Below are positions 48,125 to 55,437 of a DNA stretch of 55,437 nucleotides, piece after piece. The notes beneath the pieces were generated by a model. The model saw only the letters and a program-made list of their open reading frames with translations, did not search any database and was not told where the DNA came from. Source of the stretch: a virus (lineage: Duplodnaviria > Caudoviricetes); the IMG/VR virus record IMGVR_UViG_3300037755_001185, positions 1-55,437 of that record; one strand, written 5' to 3'. Every line of letters starts with the position of its first letter. Position 1 is the stretch's first letter. Made by a program: the position numbers and the translations under genes.

Positions 48125-48610
48125 GTGAAAACGTTTACTGACAACGTCGGTCGATCCTGGGATGTCGCGATCAACGTCGCGGCGATCAAACGCGTGCGCG
48201 ATCTCGTCGGCGTCGATCTGATGGAGATTGTCGATGGCACCCTGATCGAGAAGCTCATTCACGATCCGATTCTCCTGTGCGACATCGTCTACGCCGTGTG
48301 CAAACCACAGGCGGCCGAGCAGGAGATTGGAGACGAGGACTTTGGTCGCGCGATGGCAGGCGATGCCATCGAACATGCGACGACCGCTCTGCTGGAGGAC
48401 CTCGTGTCTTTCTGCCCGAGCCCGAGGGACCGGAACAACCTCGGGCGCGTACTCGAAACGACGAGCCGGGTGATGGACAAGGCGCGGGATCTGATCGAGC
48501 AGAAGCTCGACAGCGGCGAACTGGAACGGATGGCCGAGGAGGCGCTCGCGACTGCTGGCGACTCATCTGGCATTGCGCCGGCATCATCGGAATCGATCCG
48601 GGCCCCTTGA
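48125..48610 (+). CDS. Putative tail assembly chaperone
   Basis: Position after the tail tube; KTFTDNVGRSW..IKRVRDL. Confidence 0.65.
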   Translation: MKTFTDNVGRSWDVAINVAAIKRVRDLVGVDLMEIVDGTLIEKLIHDPILLCDIVYAVCKPQAAEQEIGDEDFGRAMAGDAIEHATTALLEDLVSFCPSPRDRNNLGRVLETTSRVMDKARDLIEQKLDSGELERMAEEALATAGDSSGIAPASSESIRAP

Positions 48611-48629
48611 CTCTGCGTGAATTGCTGTT

Positions 48630-48846
48630 GATGGCTGATGGCCGTCAGCGTTCAGATTGGTCGCGCACCAGTGCGCAGATGGCGTTGATCGCCAACACGC
48701 AGCGTGACCCGAAGAAGACGCGGGCGTTCCGCCCGAGCGACTTCGACCCATTCGTCCGCGCCGTGCCGGTCATGAAGACCGACATCGGCGCACTCAAGAC
48801 CGTGTTCATCGACAAAGTAATGCCCAAGGAGGTACTGGAGCAATGA
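48630..48846 (+). CDS. Chaperone-T-like ORF in the -1 frame of the preceding gene (true start may lie upstream)
   Basis: IWHCAGIIGIDPGPLTLRELLLMA..W..T..ANTQRDPKK..PSDFDPF. Confidence 0.5.
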
Positions 48847-49040
48847 AATCATGGAAGACAACAGTGGCAGGGATTGCCGCAATCGTGGCCGCGATCGCAC
48901 TGGCCGTCGCGCACCAGCTCGATGCTGACCCGACAACCGTTGCAGATTGGAGCACTGTCATCACCGCGCTCATGGCTGGCGTTGGTCTCGTTCTCGCTCG
49001 CGACAACGACACGACGAGCGAACAGGCGGGGGCGAAGTGA
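48843..49040 (+). CDS. Holin-like small two-TM protein
   Basis: MKSWKTTVAGIAAIV..; two hydrophobic helices; LARD tail. Confidence 0.55.
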   Translation: MKSWKTTVAGIAAIVAAIALAVAHQLDADPTTVADWSTVITALMAGVGLVLARDNDTTSEQAGAK

Positions 49041-49041
49041 G

Positions 49042-49272
49042 GTGCGCATCGTCGCCCAGATCGTCGCCGCTCTCGCACTCTCGCTCTTCAAATGGCTCGA
49101 AGCTCGCCACGAGAAGGCGAAGACGGCTCAGGTGGCCGAGCGTCATGCTGATGCTCTTCGCCGTATTGGTGATCGGGTGCGCGCCTGGGAGAACCGTGCT
49201 CGTGACGGACGACTCCCCGCTTCGGATCGGCCCGGAGACGACGGGGCAGGTGTATCGCCTGATCGACGGTGA
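49042..49272 (+). CDS. Putative i-spanin-like protein (N-terminal TM)
   Basis: IVAQIVAALALSLFKWL followed by a charged helical tail. Confidence 0.4.
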   Translation: MRIVAQIVAALALSLFKWLEARHEKAKTAQVAERHADALRRIGDRVRAWENRARDGRLPASDRPGDDGAGVSPDRR

Positions 49273-49405
49273 GTGGGTGCTGTCCGACAACCGTATTCAG
49301 TTGCCGGTGGGGTGGTACGCCGTACCACCCCGGTTCGTGCATCCGAATGATTTTCGTTCCGGGGGAGTTTCCGGGGGCGGAGGCGGGGGCGGGGGGACGC
49401 CGTGA
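49145..49405 (+). CDS. Lipoprotein, putative o-spanin-like, starting inside the previous ORF in the +1 frame
   Basis: MLMLFAVLVIG-C lipobox-like signal; Pro-rich mature part. Confidence 0.5.
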   Translation: MLMLFAVLVIGCAPGRTVLVTDDSPLRIGPETTGQVYRLIDGEWVLSDNRIQLPVGWYAVPPRFVHPNDFRSGGVSGGGGGGGGTP

Positions 49406-49863
49406 TCGATATGCGGATCAAGGCGATGTTCTTCGATCGACCGAAGGTCACGCGGGCCGTCGATCGTGCGAAGCGCCGAGTCTTGTCGAAGGCCGGTGCT
49501 TTCATCCGGCAGCGCGCCCGCACCTCGATCCGCAAGCGGAAGAGAATCAGCCGACCGGGAGAGCCACCGTCAAGCCATGCCGGGCACCTGCGCCGGTTGC
49601 TCCTCTTCGGCTACGACCGTCAGCGCGAGTCCGTCGTGGTTGGCCCGGTCGGATTCCGGCGCTCCACTGCGCCACGCGTCCTTGAGGTCGGCGGCCGGAC
49701 GACGGTCGAGTCTGGCGGACGCTCCCGGAGAAGTGGTCGTAGGAAGAAGAATCGAACGGTTCGCATCGCCGCCCGGCCGTACATGGCTCCCGCGCTGGAG
49801 AAAGAACGGTCCAACCTTCCCAAGGTCTGGCGCAACAGCATCCGCCCCCGGAATGGAGGATGA
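49402..49863 (+). CDS. HK97 gp10-like tail completion protein
   Basis: Basic protein; SRPGEPP..G.LRR..ARPYMAPAL. Confidence 0.65.
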   Translation: MIDMRIKAMFFDRPKVTRAVDRAKRRVLSKAGAFIRQRARTSIRKRKRISRPGEPPSSHAGHLRRLLLFGYDRQRESVVVGPVGFRRSTAPRVLEVGGRTTVESGGRSRRSGRRKKNRTVRIAARPYMAPALEKERSNLPKVWRNSIRPRNGG

Positions 49864-49866
49864 CCC

Positions 49867-52215
49867 GTGGCAAACACAAGCGGCATCCGCGCCGGGCGCG
49901 CCTTCGTCGAACTTGGCGTCAACGACAGACTCACTGCAGGGCTCAAGCGAGCACAACGCCGCCTTCGTACATTCGGGGACAGCGTTCGCTCAGTCGGGAT
50001 GCGTCTGGCGGGCATCAGTGCTGGCGTCGCAGCTGGCTTTGCCATCTCGACGCGTGTGTTCGCTGGCTTCGACGATCGCATGCGCGTCGTCCGCGCCGTG
50101 ACAGGCGCAACCGAGCAGCAGTTCGAGTCACTGCGTGAGGAGGCCAAACGACTCGGGCGAACGACGTCGTTCACCGCCGGTCAAGTCGCCGAGGCCATGA
50201 CGGAACTCGGCCGCGCGGGATTCCAGCCGCAGGCGATTCTCGATAGCACGGAATCGGTGCTCGCCCTGGCCCGGGCGACGAGTACTGAATTGCCTCGCGC
50301 AACCGAGATCGCCGGCGCTGCACTGCGGGGTTTCAACATCCCGGCGACCGAGATGGGCCGCGTCTCCGACGTGCTCACCGCCACGGCGAACAAGAGTGCC
50401 CAGACACTTGAGGATCTCTTCGAGGCCTTCAAACCGGTGGCTCCACTCGCGGTCGAGGCGGGCGAGAGCATCGAGGATGTCGCGGCCGCTATTGGCATCC
50501 TCGCCAACAACGGCATCAAGGGCAGCCTCGCGGGCAACGCTCTGGCTCGAGCGTACAAGAACCTCTCGAACGAATCTCGGCAGGCCGAACTCCGCAAGGT
50601 CGGGATCGATGCCGTCGATGCGTCCGGTAACCTCCGACCCCTCGCCGATATCCTCAATGATTTGGCGAAAGCCACGCAAGGCCTCGGCTCCGCCGAGCGC
50701 CTCGCCTTCTTTGAGACGCTCTTTGGGCGCGGTCAGGCGGCCGCACTCAAGCTGGCATCCTCGGCCCAGGCGTTCGAGGTGCTTCGCGATGAGATCCGCC
50801 GCTCCGCTGGCATCGCTGTTCAGACGGCAGATCAGATGGATGCCGGGATCGGCGGCGCGTTCCGCCGTTTGCTCTCCGCCGTGGAAGGTATCGCGATCGC
50901 CATTGGTGAAGCGATCGAGCAACCGGTTCGCCGTGCCGCCGATGCACTGGCTGCTATCGCGGGATGGATCACGAAGGTCGTCAACCGCAATCGCGAGTTG
51001 ATCGCGACGATCGCCAAGGTGACCGCGATCGCACTTGCGGTCGGGATCGCACTGGTGGTTGCCGGCGCGGCGATTGTCGGACTCGGCGCTGTGTTCGGAG
51101 CGATGGCGTCAATCATCGCTGGAGTCGGCACAGCACTTGGCATCGTTGGCGCGGCCATCACCGCGTTGCTCTCGCCCATCGGTCTGATCATCGCTGCAGT
51201 CGTTGGGCTCGGCGGTGCTCTGGTCATTTCCACTGGCGTGGCGGGCGAAGCCCTCACCTGGCTGGGTGAGCAGTTCGGACGTCTCCGCGACCGGGCGACA
51301 AGTGTCGTCCAAGGCATCACCGATGCTCTGGCTGCCGGCGACGTCGCGCTCGCTGCGGAGATCCTCTGGCTGTCGCTCAAGCTCATCTGGCAGAAGGGCG
51401 TAGCCGCGCTCAACTCGGTCTGGCTCACGGCTCGGAACTTCTTCATCACGACCGCGCAGAAAATGTGGTTCGGGGCTCTTGCCGCCGGGCAGATCGTCTG
51501 GCATGCGCTCGAGGTCGGGTGGATCGAGACGACGGCTTTCCTTTCAAAGACATGGTCTCGCTTCGCGACGAGCTTTAAGAAGATCTGGGAGACCGCCACA
51601 TCCTTCGTTGCCAAACGGATGCTGGAGATCCAGGGGCTATTCGATTCGTCGCTTGATGTCGATGCCGCGAAACGGGGCATCGATGAGCAACTCGAATCAC
51701 GACTCGATGACCTTGACGCCGAGGGGCAGCGCCGGATCGATGAACGTGAGCAGCGACGCCAGCGTCAACGGGAACAATCGGCTGAACTGAACGACGCCAC
51801 GCTTGCTGCGATCGGACAGCAGTTCGAAGAGGCGCAGGAGAAGCTGCGTCAAGCCACAGGCGAGAAGATCGCAGAAACACAGCGCGAACTGGATGCAGCC
51901 CGGGCGAAACTGGATGAAGCGATCGAACGGGCGCGGCAGCGGCGTGAGGATCAGGAAGGCGAAGCAGGTGAGACACCCGGTGGCCACCGATCACCGCAGG
52001 AGCTGCTCGACGACTTCCAGGACCGCATCGCCGGACTGGGACAAGCGATCGCCCGAGGCGCGACGGTGCGCGGGACGTTCAACGCTGCTGCCGCCCAGGG
52101 ACTTCTGGGCTCCGCCGATGCGCAGGAGCGAACCGCCGCCGCCACTGCACAAACCGCTCGCAACACCAAGCGGCTCGTCGATGCCGCTCGTACTGGAGGA
52201 CTCACCTTCGCATAG
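49867..52215 (+). CDS. Tail tape measure protein (TP901-like)
   Basis: FDDRMRVVRAVTGAT..LREEAKRLG.TT.FTA..LANNGIKGSLAGNAL; long Ala/Gly hydrophobic stretches. Confidence 0.9.
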   Translation: MANTSGIRAGRAFVELGVNDRLTAGLKRAQRRLRTFGDSVRSVGMRLAGISAGVAAGFAISTRVFAGFDDRMRVVRAVTGATEQQFESLREEAKRLGRTTSFTAGQVAEAMTELGRAGFQPQAILDSTESVLALARATSTELPRATEIAGAALRGFNIPATEMGRVSDVLTATANKSAQTLEDLFEAFKPVAPLAVEAGESIEDVAAAIGILANNGIKGSLAGNALARAYKNLSNESRQAELRKVGIDAVDASGNLRPLADILNDLAKATQGLGSAERLAFFETLFGRGQAAALKLASSAQAFEVLRDEIRRSAGIAVQTADQMDAGIGGAFRRLLSAVEGIAIAIGEAIEQPVRRAADALAAIAGWITKVVNRNRELIATIAKVTAIALAVGIALVVAGAAIVGLGAVFGAMASIIAGVGTALGIVGAAITALLSPIGLIIAAVVGLGGALVISTGVAGEALTWLGEQFGRLRDRATSVVQGITDALAAGDVALAAEILWLSLKLIWQKGVAALNSVWLTARNFFITTAQKMWFGALAAGQIVWHALEVGWIETTAFLSKTWSRFATSFKKIWETATSFVAKRMLEIQGLFDSSLDVDAAKRGIDEQLESRLDDLDAEGQRRIDEREQRRQRQREQSAELNDATLAAIGQQFEEAQEKLRQATGEKIAETQRELDAARAKLDEAIERARQRREDQEGEAGETPGGHRSPQELLDDFQDRIAGLGQAIARGATVRGTFNAAAAQGLLGSADAQERTAAATAQTARNTKRLVDAARTGGLTFA

Positions 52216-52236
52216 CCCGCGAGGTACTGAAGAACC

Positions 52237-53043
52237 ATGCCCATCGTCGTGGAAGAGAAGTTCGACAGCCGCATCATCGTCGCCGGTGACAACCCGAGCG
52301 CGGAGTTGCGGTACGTCGTCTTCGGCACGGACGATGAACAGTCGGCACTCTCAAGTATTAGTACTGCTGCGCCCGCCACGTACGACCTCATGCCGCGCCG
52401 GACGATTCAGGTCGAGCCGCTCGCGAATGAACTGTGGGACGGTGTGGTCCGGTACAGCACCGAAGAGCAGACGGAGCCGCCGCAGACGGGCGAATCGGCA
52501 TTCGCCTTCGATACTGGAGGTGGATCACAGCACATCACGCAGAGCCGCTCGACGATCAACACGTTTGCACCGTCCGGCGAGACGGCACCTGACTTTCAGG
52601 GTGCAATCGGAGTCACGGACAATGGCGTCGAAGGCGTGGATGTCACCGTTCCGGTGTACCAGTTCTCCGAGACCCACTACCTCGATGACACGGTCGTGAC
52701 GGCCGCCTACAAGGGCACGCTGTTCTCGTTGACCGGCACAGTGAACAGCGGCGGCTTCAAGGGGCTGGCTGCGGGCGAGTGCCTGTTCCTCGGCGCGGCT
52801 GGCTCGAAGCGCGGGCTCGGTGATTGGGAGATCACGTTCCGATTTGCGGGCAGCCCGAACGTCACCGGCCTCGTAGTCGGCCCGATCAGTGGGATCAGCA
52901 AGAAGGGCTGGGAGTACCTCTGGGTTCGGTACGCCGAAGTCGAGGATGAGATCGCGCAGGTTCTCGTCAAACGACCGGTCGCAGCATACGTCGAGCGAAC
53001 CTACAACTCGGGAAACTTTGCAGCGTTGGGGATTGGCACATGA
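52237..53043 (+). CDS. Putative tail protein
   Basis: Directly after the tape measure; beta-rich. Confidence 0.55.
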   Translation: MPIVVEEKFDSRIIVAGDNPSAELRYVVFGTDDEQSALSSISTAAPATYDLMPRRTIQVEPLANELWDGVVRYSTEEQTEPPQTGESAFAFDTGGGSQHITQSRSTINTFAPSGETAPDFQGAIGVTDNGVEGVDVTVPVYQFSETHYLDDTVVTAAYKGTLFSLTGTVNSGGFKGLAAGECLFLGAAGSKRGLGDWEITFRFAGSPNVTGLVVGPISGISKKGWEYLWVRYAEVEDEIAQVLVKRPVAAYVERTYNSGNFAALGIGT

Positions 53044-54059
53044 CTGATCACCTGCGCAAAGTCCGAACCGGCGATCCGCTCCGCATTCCTGCGCGGGCGT
53101 ACAACGCGTTCGTGGACGCGGCCCATCTGGCGGGACGCATCGATGCCGACACCGGCGCCGGGCCAGCCATTCCGGGAGCGGGCACCCAAGAACACCTCGT
53201 TCTGGTCCGCAACGAGTCTGGCACTGATCTGCCGCGATTCGGCATCCTCGGTATCGACCGACCGATCATCGAGCCCGGTGCCCCCGGAGAGGGCAACACC
53301 GACGAGTTCAAACGCCGTACGGCATTGATTGGGGCTGGGATCACGACGACGGACGAATACGTCGGGCGCTTTGTCGTCGCACGCGAGCCGATCGCGTCCG
53401 GCAAGATCGGCTGGTCGGTGATCCGAGGTGTGACGCCCGCGAAGGTGAACGTGATCGACGAGGAGCATTCGCATGCCGACACCTACCCGGACGAGCAGAT
53501 TCTCCGCAGCGGATTCACGGGTGCCGCCCGGATCCTCTGGAAGGAACCGGGTACCGGCGAGCTACTCGCACTCATCGAGATGGGTCCTGCGGATCGCGAT
53601 CGATTCGCCGCGAAACTGGGGACGACCACACTGATCGAAGGCCGGACATTCGGCTGGCTCTACGAGTGGGAAGAGGTCCGCCTCGACGGCGACCCGCTCA
53701 GTTCATCGTTCGGTCAATACATCAGACCGAGTGGATCCTCTTCCGAAGGCTGGTTGTCTTCGGCAGGCGACTCATCCAAAGTCGCCTTCAACCGCTACGA
53801 AGCGCATCTGTCGGTGATCCACGCACAGGCTGGCGGCACCGAAGGATTCGCAGACGGCGGCGCGTGCCTGATTCCTGGAGCACTTGAGAATTGCCCACCA
53901 CGACGGGCGGCGGTCCCGATGCTCCATCCCATTCCGGAGGACGTAGTCGTCGAGCTTCGTGCCGAACGGACGTTCCAGGGTGAGACGCGATTCGTGTTCG
54001 AAGCGCTGAACCCGATCGTGCTTTGCGACATGGACGTTCCGGAGTGGTGGTATGCCTGA
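53040..54059 (+). CDS. Putative tail/tail-tip protein
   Basis: ATGA-coupled; KVRTGDPLRIPARAYNAFVDAA. Confidence 0.5.
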   Translation: MTDHLRKVRTGDPLRIPARAYNAFVDAAHLAGRIDADTGAGPAIPGAGTQEHLVLVRNESGTDLPRFGILGIDRPIIEPGAPGEGNTDEFKRRTALIGAGITTTDEYVGRFVVAREPIASGKIGWSVIRGVTPAKVNVIDEEHSHADTYPDEQILRSGFTGAARILWKEPGTGELLALIEMGPADRDRFAAKLGTTTLIEGRTFGWLYEWEEVRLDGDPLSSSFGQYIRPSGSSSEGWLSSAGDSSKVAFNRYEAHLSVIHAQAGGTEGFADGGACLIPGALENCPPRRAAVPMLHPIPEDVVVELRAERTFQGETRFVFEALNPIVLCDMDVPEWWYA

Positions 54060-54627
54060 TCACGAGACACTGACAATTCCGATCGAGGAACGTCGCGAGG
54101 CTGAACGACGTAAGTACCTGACCCTCGCGGAGCGCTCCAATGGCACCCGTGCGTATGGTGGCACGAACCATGGTCGTCATGCGTACGCAAAGGTGATCTC
54201 GTGGCAGCCGCGATTCGTAGTGGACATGGGGTGCGGCGACAACACCTTCATTCACGAACTGCGCCGTCGCGGAATCGATGGGCTTGGTATCGACTTCGCC
54301 AACGTTGAAGCGGACATCGGCGCGCCGATGCACCGCGTGCCGCTTGCATCCGGCATTGCCGACATCGTGACCTCGTTCGACGCCCTCGAGCACCTGCTGC
54401 CCGACGACGTTGACCCAGTCCTCACAGAGATGAGGCGCCTCGGGCGTCCAGGCGGTCACTTCATCTTCTCGATCTGCTCGCGCCCCAGCCGAATCACCGT
54501 GGACGGGCAGAATCTCCATCCGACTGTTCAGCCACTGGATTGGTGGATCGATCGGATCTCGCGGGTCGGCGCTGTCCTGACTGCCGGGCAGTCAGGACGT
54601 TACATCACGGGGACATGGCATGCGTGA
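54052..54627 (+). CDS. Class I SAM-dependent methyltransferase
   Basis: VVDMGCGDN, GIDFA, DIVTSFDALEHL. Confidence 0.85.
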   Translation: MPDHETLTIPIEERREAERRKYLTLAERSNGTRAYGGTNHGRHAYAKVISWQPRFVVDMGCGDNTFIHELRRRGIDGLGIDFANVEADIGAPMHRVPLASGIADIVTSFDALEHLLPDDVDPVLTEMRRLGRPGGHFIFSICSRPSRITVDGQNLHPTVQPLDWWIDRISRVGAVLTAGQSGRYITGTWHA

Positions 54628-55437
54628 TCACGACGGCGACATTGCAGCATTGCAGGCTGGCTTACATTTGAAACGACCCGCAAAGAGTGGAGTGCGGCTC
54701 TACACGACCGACTTCGACAGCGTCTCGCTCTCGAACTTCTATCGCGGGCGCAGCGCGTTCCTCGTTCTCTCGGGACCATCCCTGGCAGAACACGACCTTT
54801 CGCAACTGAACACACGCGGCATCGTCACGATGGGCGCGAACAATTCATGGTCTGTTTATCGCCCGAACCTGTGGACGTGCGTGGACTCGCCAGGCCGGTT
54901 CATTGACACCGGCTGGAAGGATCCGGGCATCCTGAAGTTCGTGCCCATGTCGAGCTGGAACGGCCGGCTCCGCATTCAGAAACCAAATGGCACGATGAAA
55001 CCGAGCGCATTCCGTGTGAAGCAGATGCCGTCGGTCTTGCTCTACCGCCGAGGCGAGCACTTTGACCACCGCAAGTTCCTCGACGAAGACACGATCTGCT
55101 GGGGCAACAACAGCGCGACCAAGGACTCGCTCGGCATCAAGGGCAAGCGCTCCGTCATGCTGGTCGCGCTGCGGCTCCTTCACTACCTGGGCTTCCGCAC
55201 CATCTACCTCGTCGGCGCCGACTTCAGAATGGATGACGACCGGAAGTACGCCTTCGAGGAGACGCGGACCAACGCCGCCATCCGGCACAACAACGTGCTC
55301 TACGAGTCGCTCAATCGGCGCTTCGAGGCGATGGCGGACTACTTCAAGAAGTCGCGATTCACCATCTTCAACTGCACGCCGGACAGCGGCCTGACCGCGT
55401 TCCCGCATCTGCCCTTTGAGGATGCCATCGCGAAGGC
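54620..55437 (+). CDS. Maf/MptE/CstII-like glycosyltransferase-fold protein, truncated by the window edge
   Basis: Own translation: RGRSAFLVLSGPSL..TMGANN..WTCVD..ALRLLHYLGFRTIYLVGADF..IFNCTPDSGL. Confidence 0.65.
   Translation, partial: MRDHDGDIAALQAGLHLKRPAKSGVRLYTTDFDSVSLSNFYRGRSAFLVLSGPSLAEHDLSQLNTRGIVTMGANNSWSVYRPNLWTCVDSPGRFIDTGWKDPGILKFVPMSSWNGRLRIQKPNGTMKPSAFRVKQMPSVLLYRRGEHFDHRKFLDEDTICWGNNSATKDSLGIKGKRSVMLVALRLLHYLGFRTIYLVGADFRMDDDRKYAFEETRTNAAIRHNNVLYESLNRRFEAMADYFKKSRFTIFNCTPDSGLTAFPHLPFEDAIAK

Larger units (their letters stand above)
1..55437. mobile_element. Prophage-like element (siphovirus-like, GpA terminase) with defence island; probably defective; boundaries not resolved
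   Basis: Colinear replication, packaging, head and tail modules at 26.6-55.4 kb; DUF2924 module at left; no integrase in the window; frameshifted tail tube. Confidence 0.8.

Noticed and set aside
1-55437. CRISPR array, DGR/retron reverse transcriptase, IS transposase, rRNA, canonical tRNA
   Set aside because: No spaced repeats, RT or transposase motifs, or full cloverleaf found by eye

Overview
GC-rich bacterial DNA consisting almost entirely of one prophage-like element carrying a large anti-phage defence cargo. The gene set resembles Planctomycetota prophages; the host is inferred, not shown. Left to right: (i) 1-1.9 kb, a scrambled relic of a related phage (a near-identical inverted copy of part of the last gene, two capsid fragments in opposite orientations, and a truncated DUF2924 gene with no recombinase next to it); (ii) 2.4-21.7 kb, a defence island: Gabija, then Xis-like HTH, SIR2-HerA-KTSC, SNF2 helicase, PHP-ATPase, Type III Mod, RhuM and Type III Res; (iii) 21.8-26.4 kb, two large orphan genes that share only a C-terminal HTH-like domain; (iv) 26.6-36.8 kb, a phage sigma factor, recombination/replication genes and a ParB-methylase; (v) 38.8-55.4 kb, GpA-type terminase, portal, protease-capsid fusion, tail genes (tail tube frameshifted), small lysis-like genes, tape measure, a methyltransferase and a Maf/CstII-like glycosyltransferase. 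The most interesting signals are SNF2-end and Mod-start scars that bracket the SIR2-HerA-KTSC cassette (an apparently duplicated defence-cargo slot), a D-arm-less tRNA(CAU)-like RNA, an alternative-pairing RNA switch on the sigma gene RBS, a bipartite promoter-like motif repeated before the replication and head operons, and the two variable-N/conserved-HTH proteins. All annotation is from motif recognition by eye; no searches were run.
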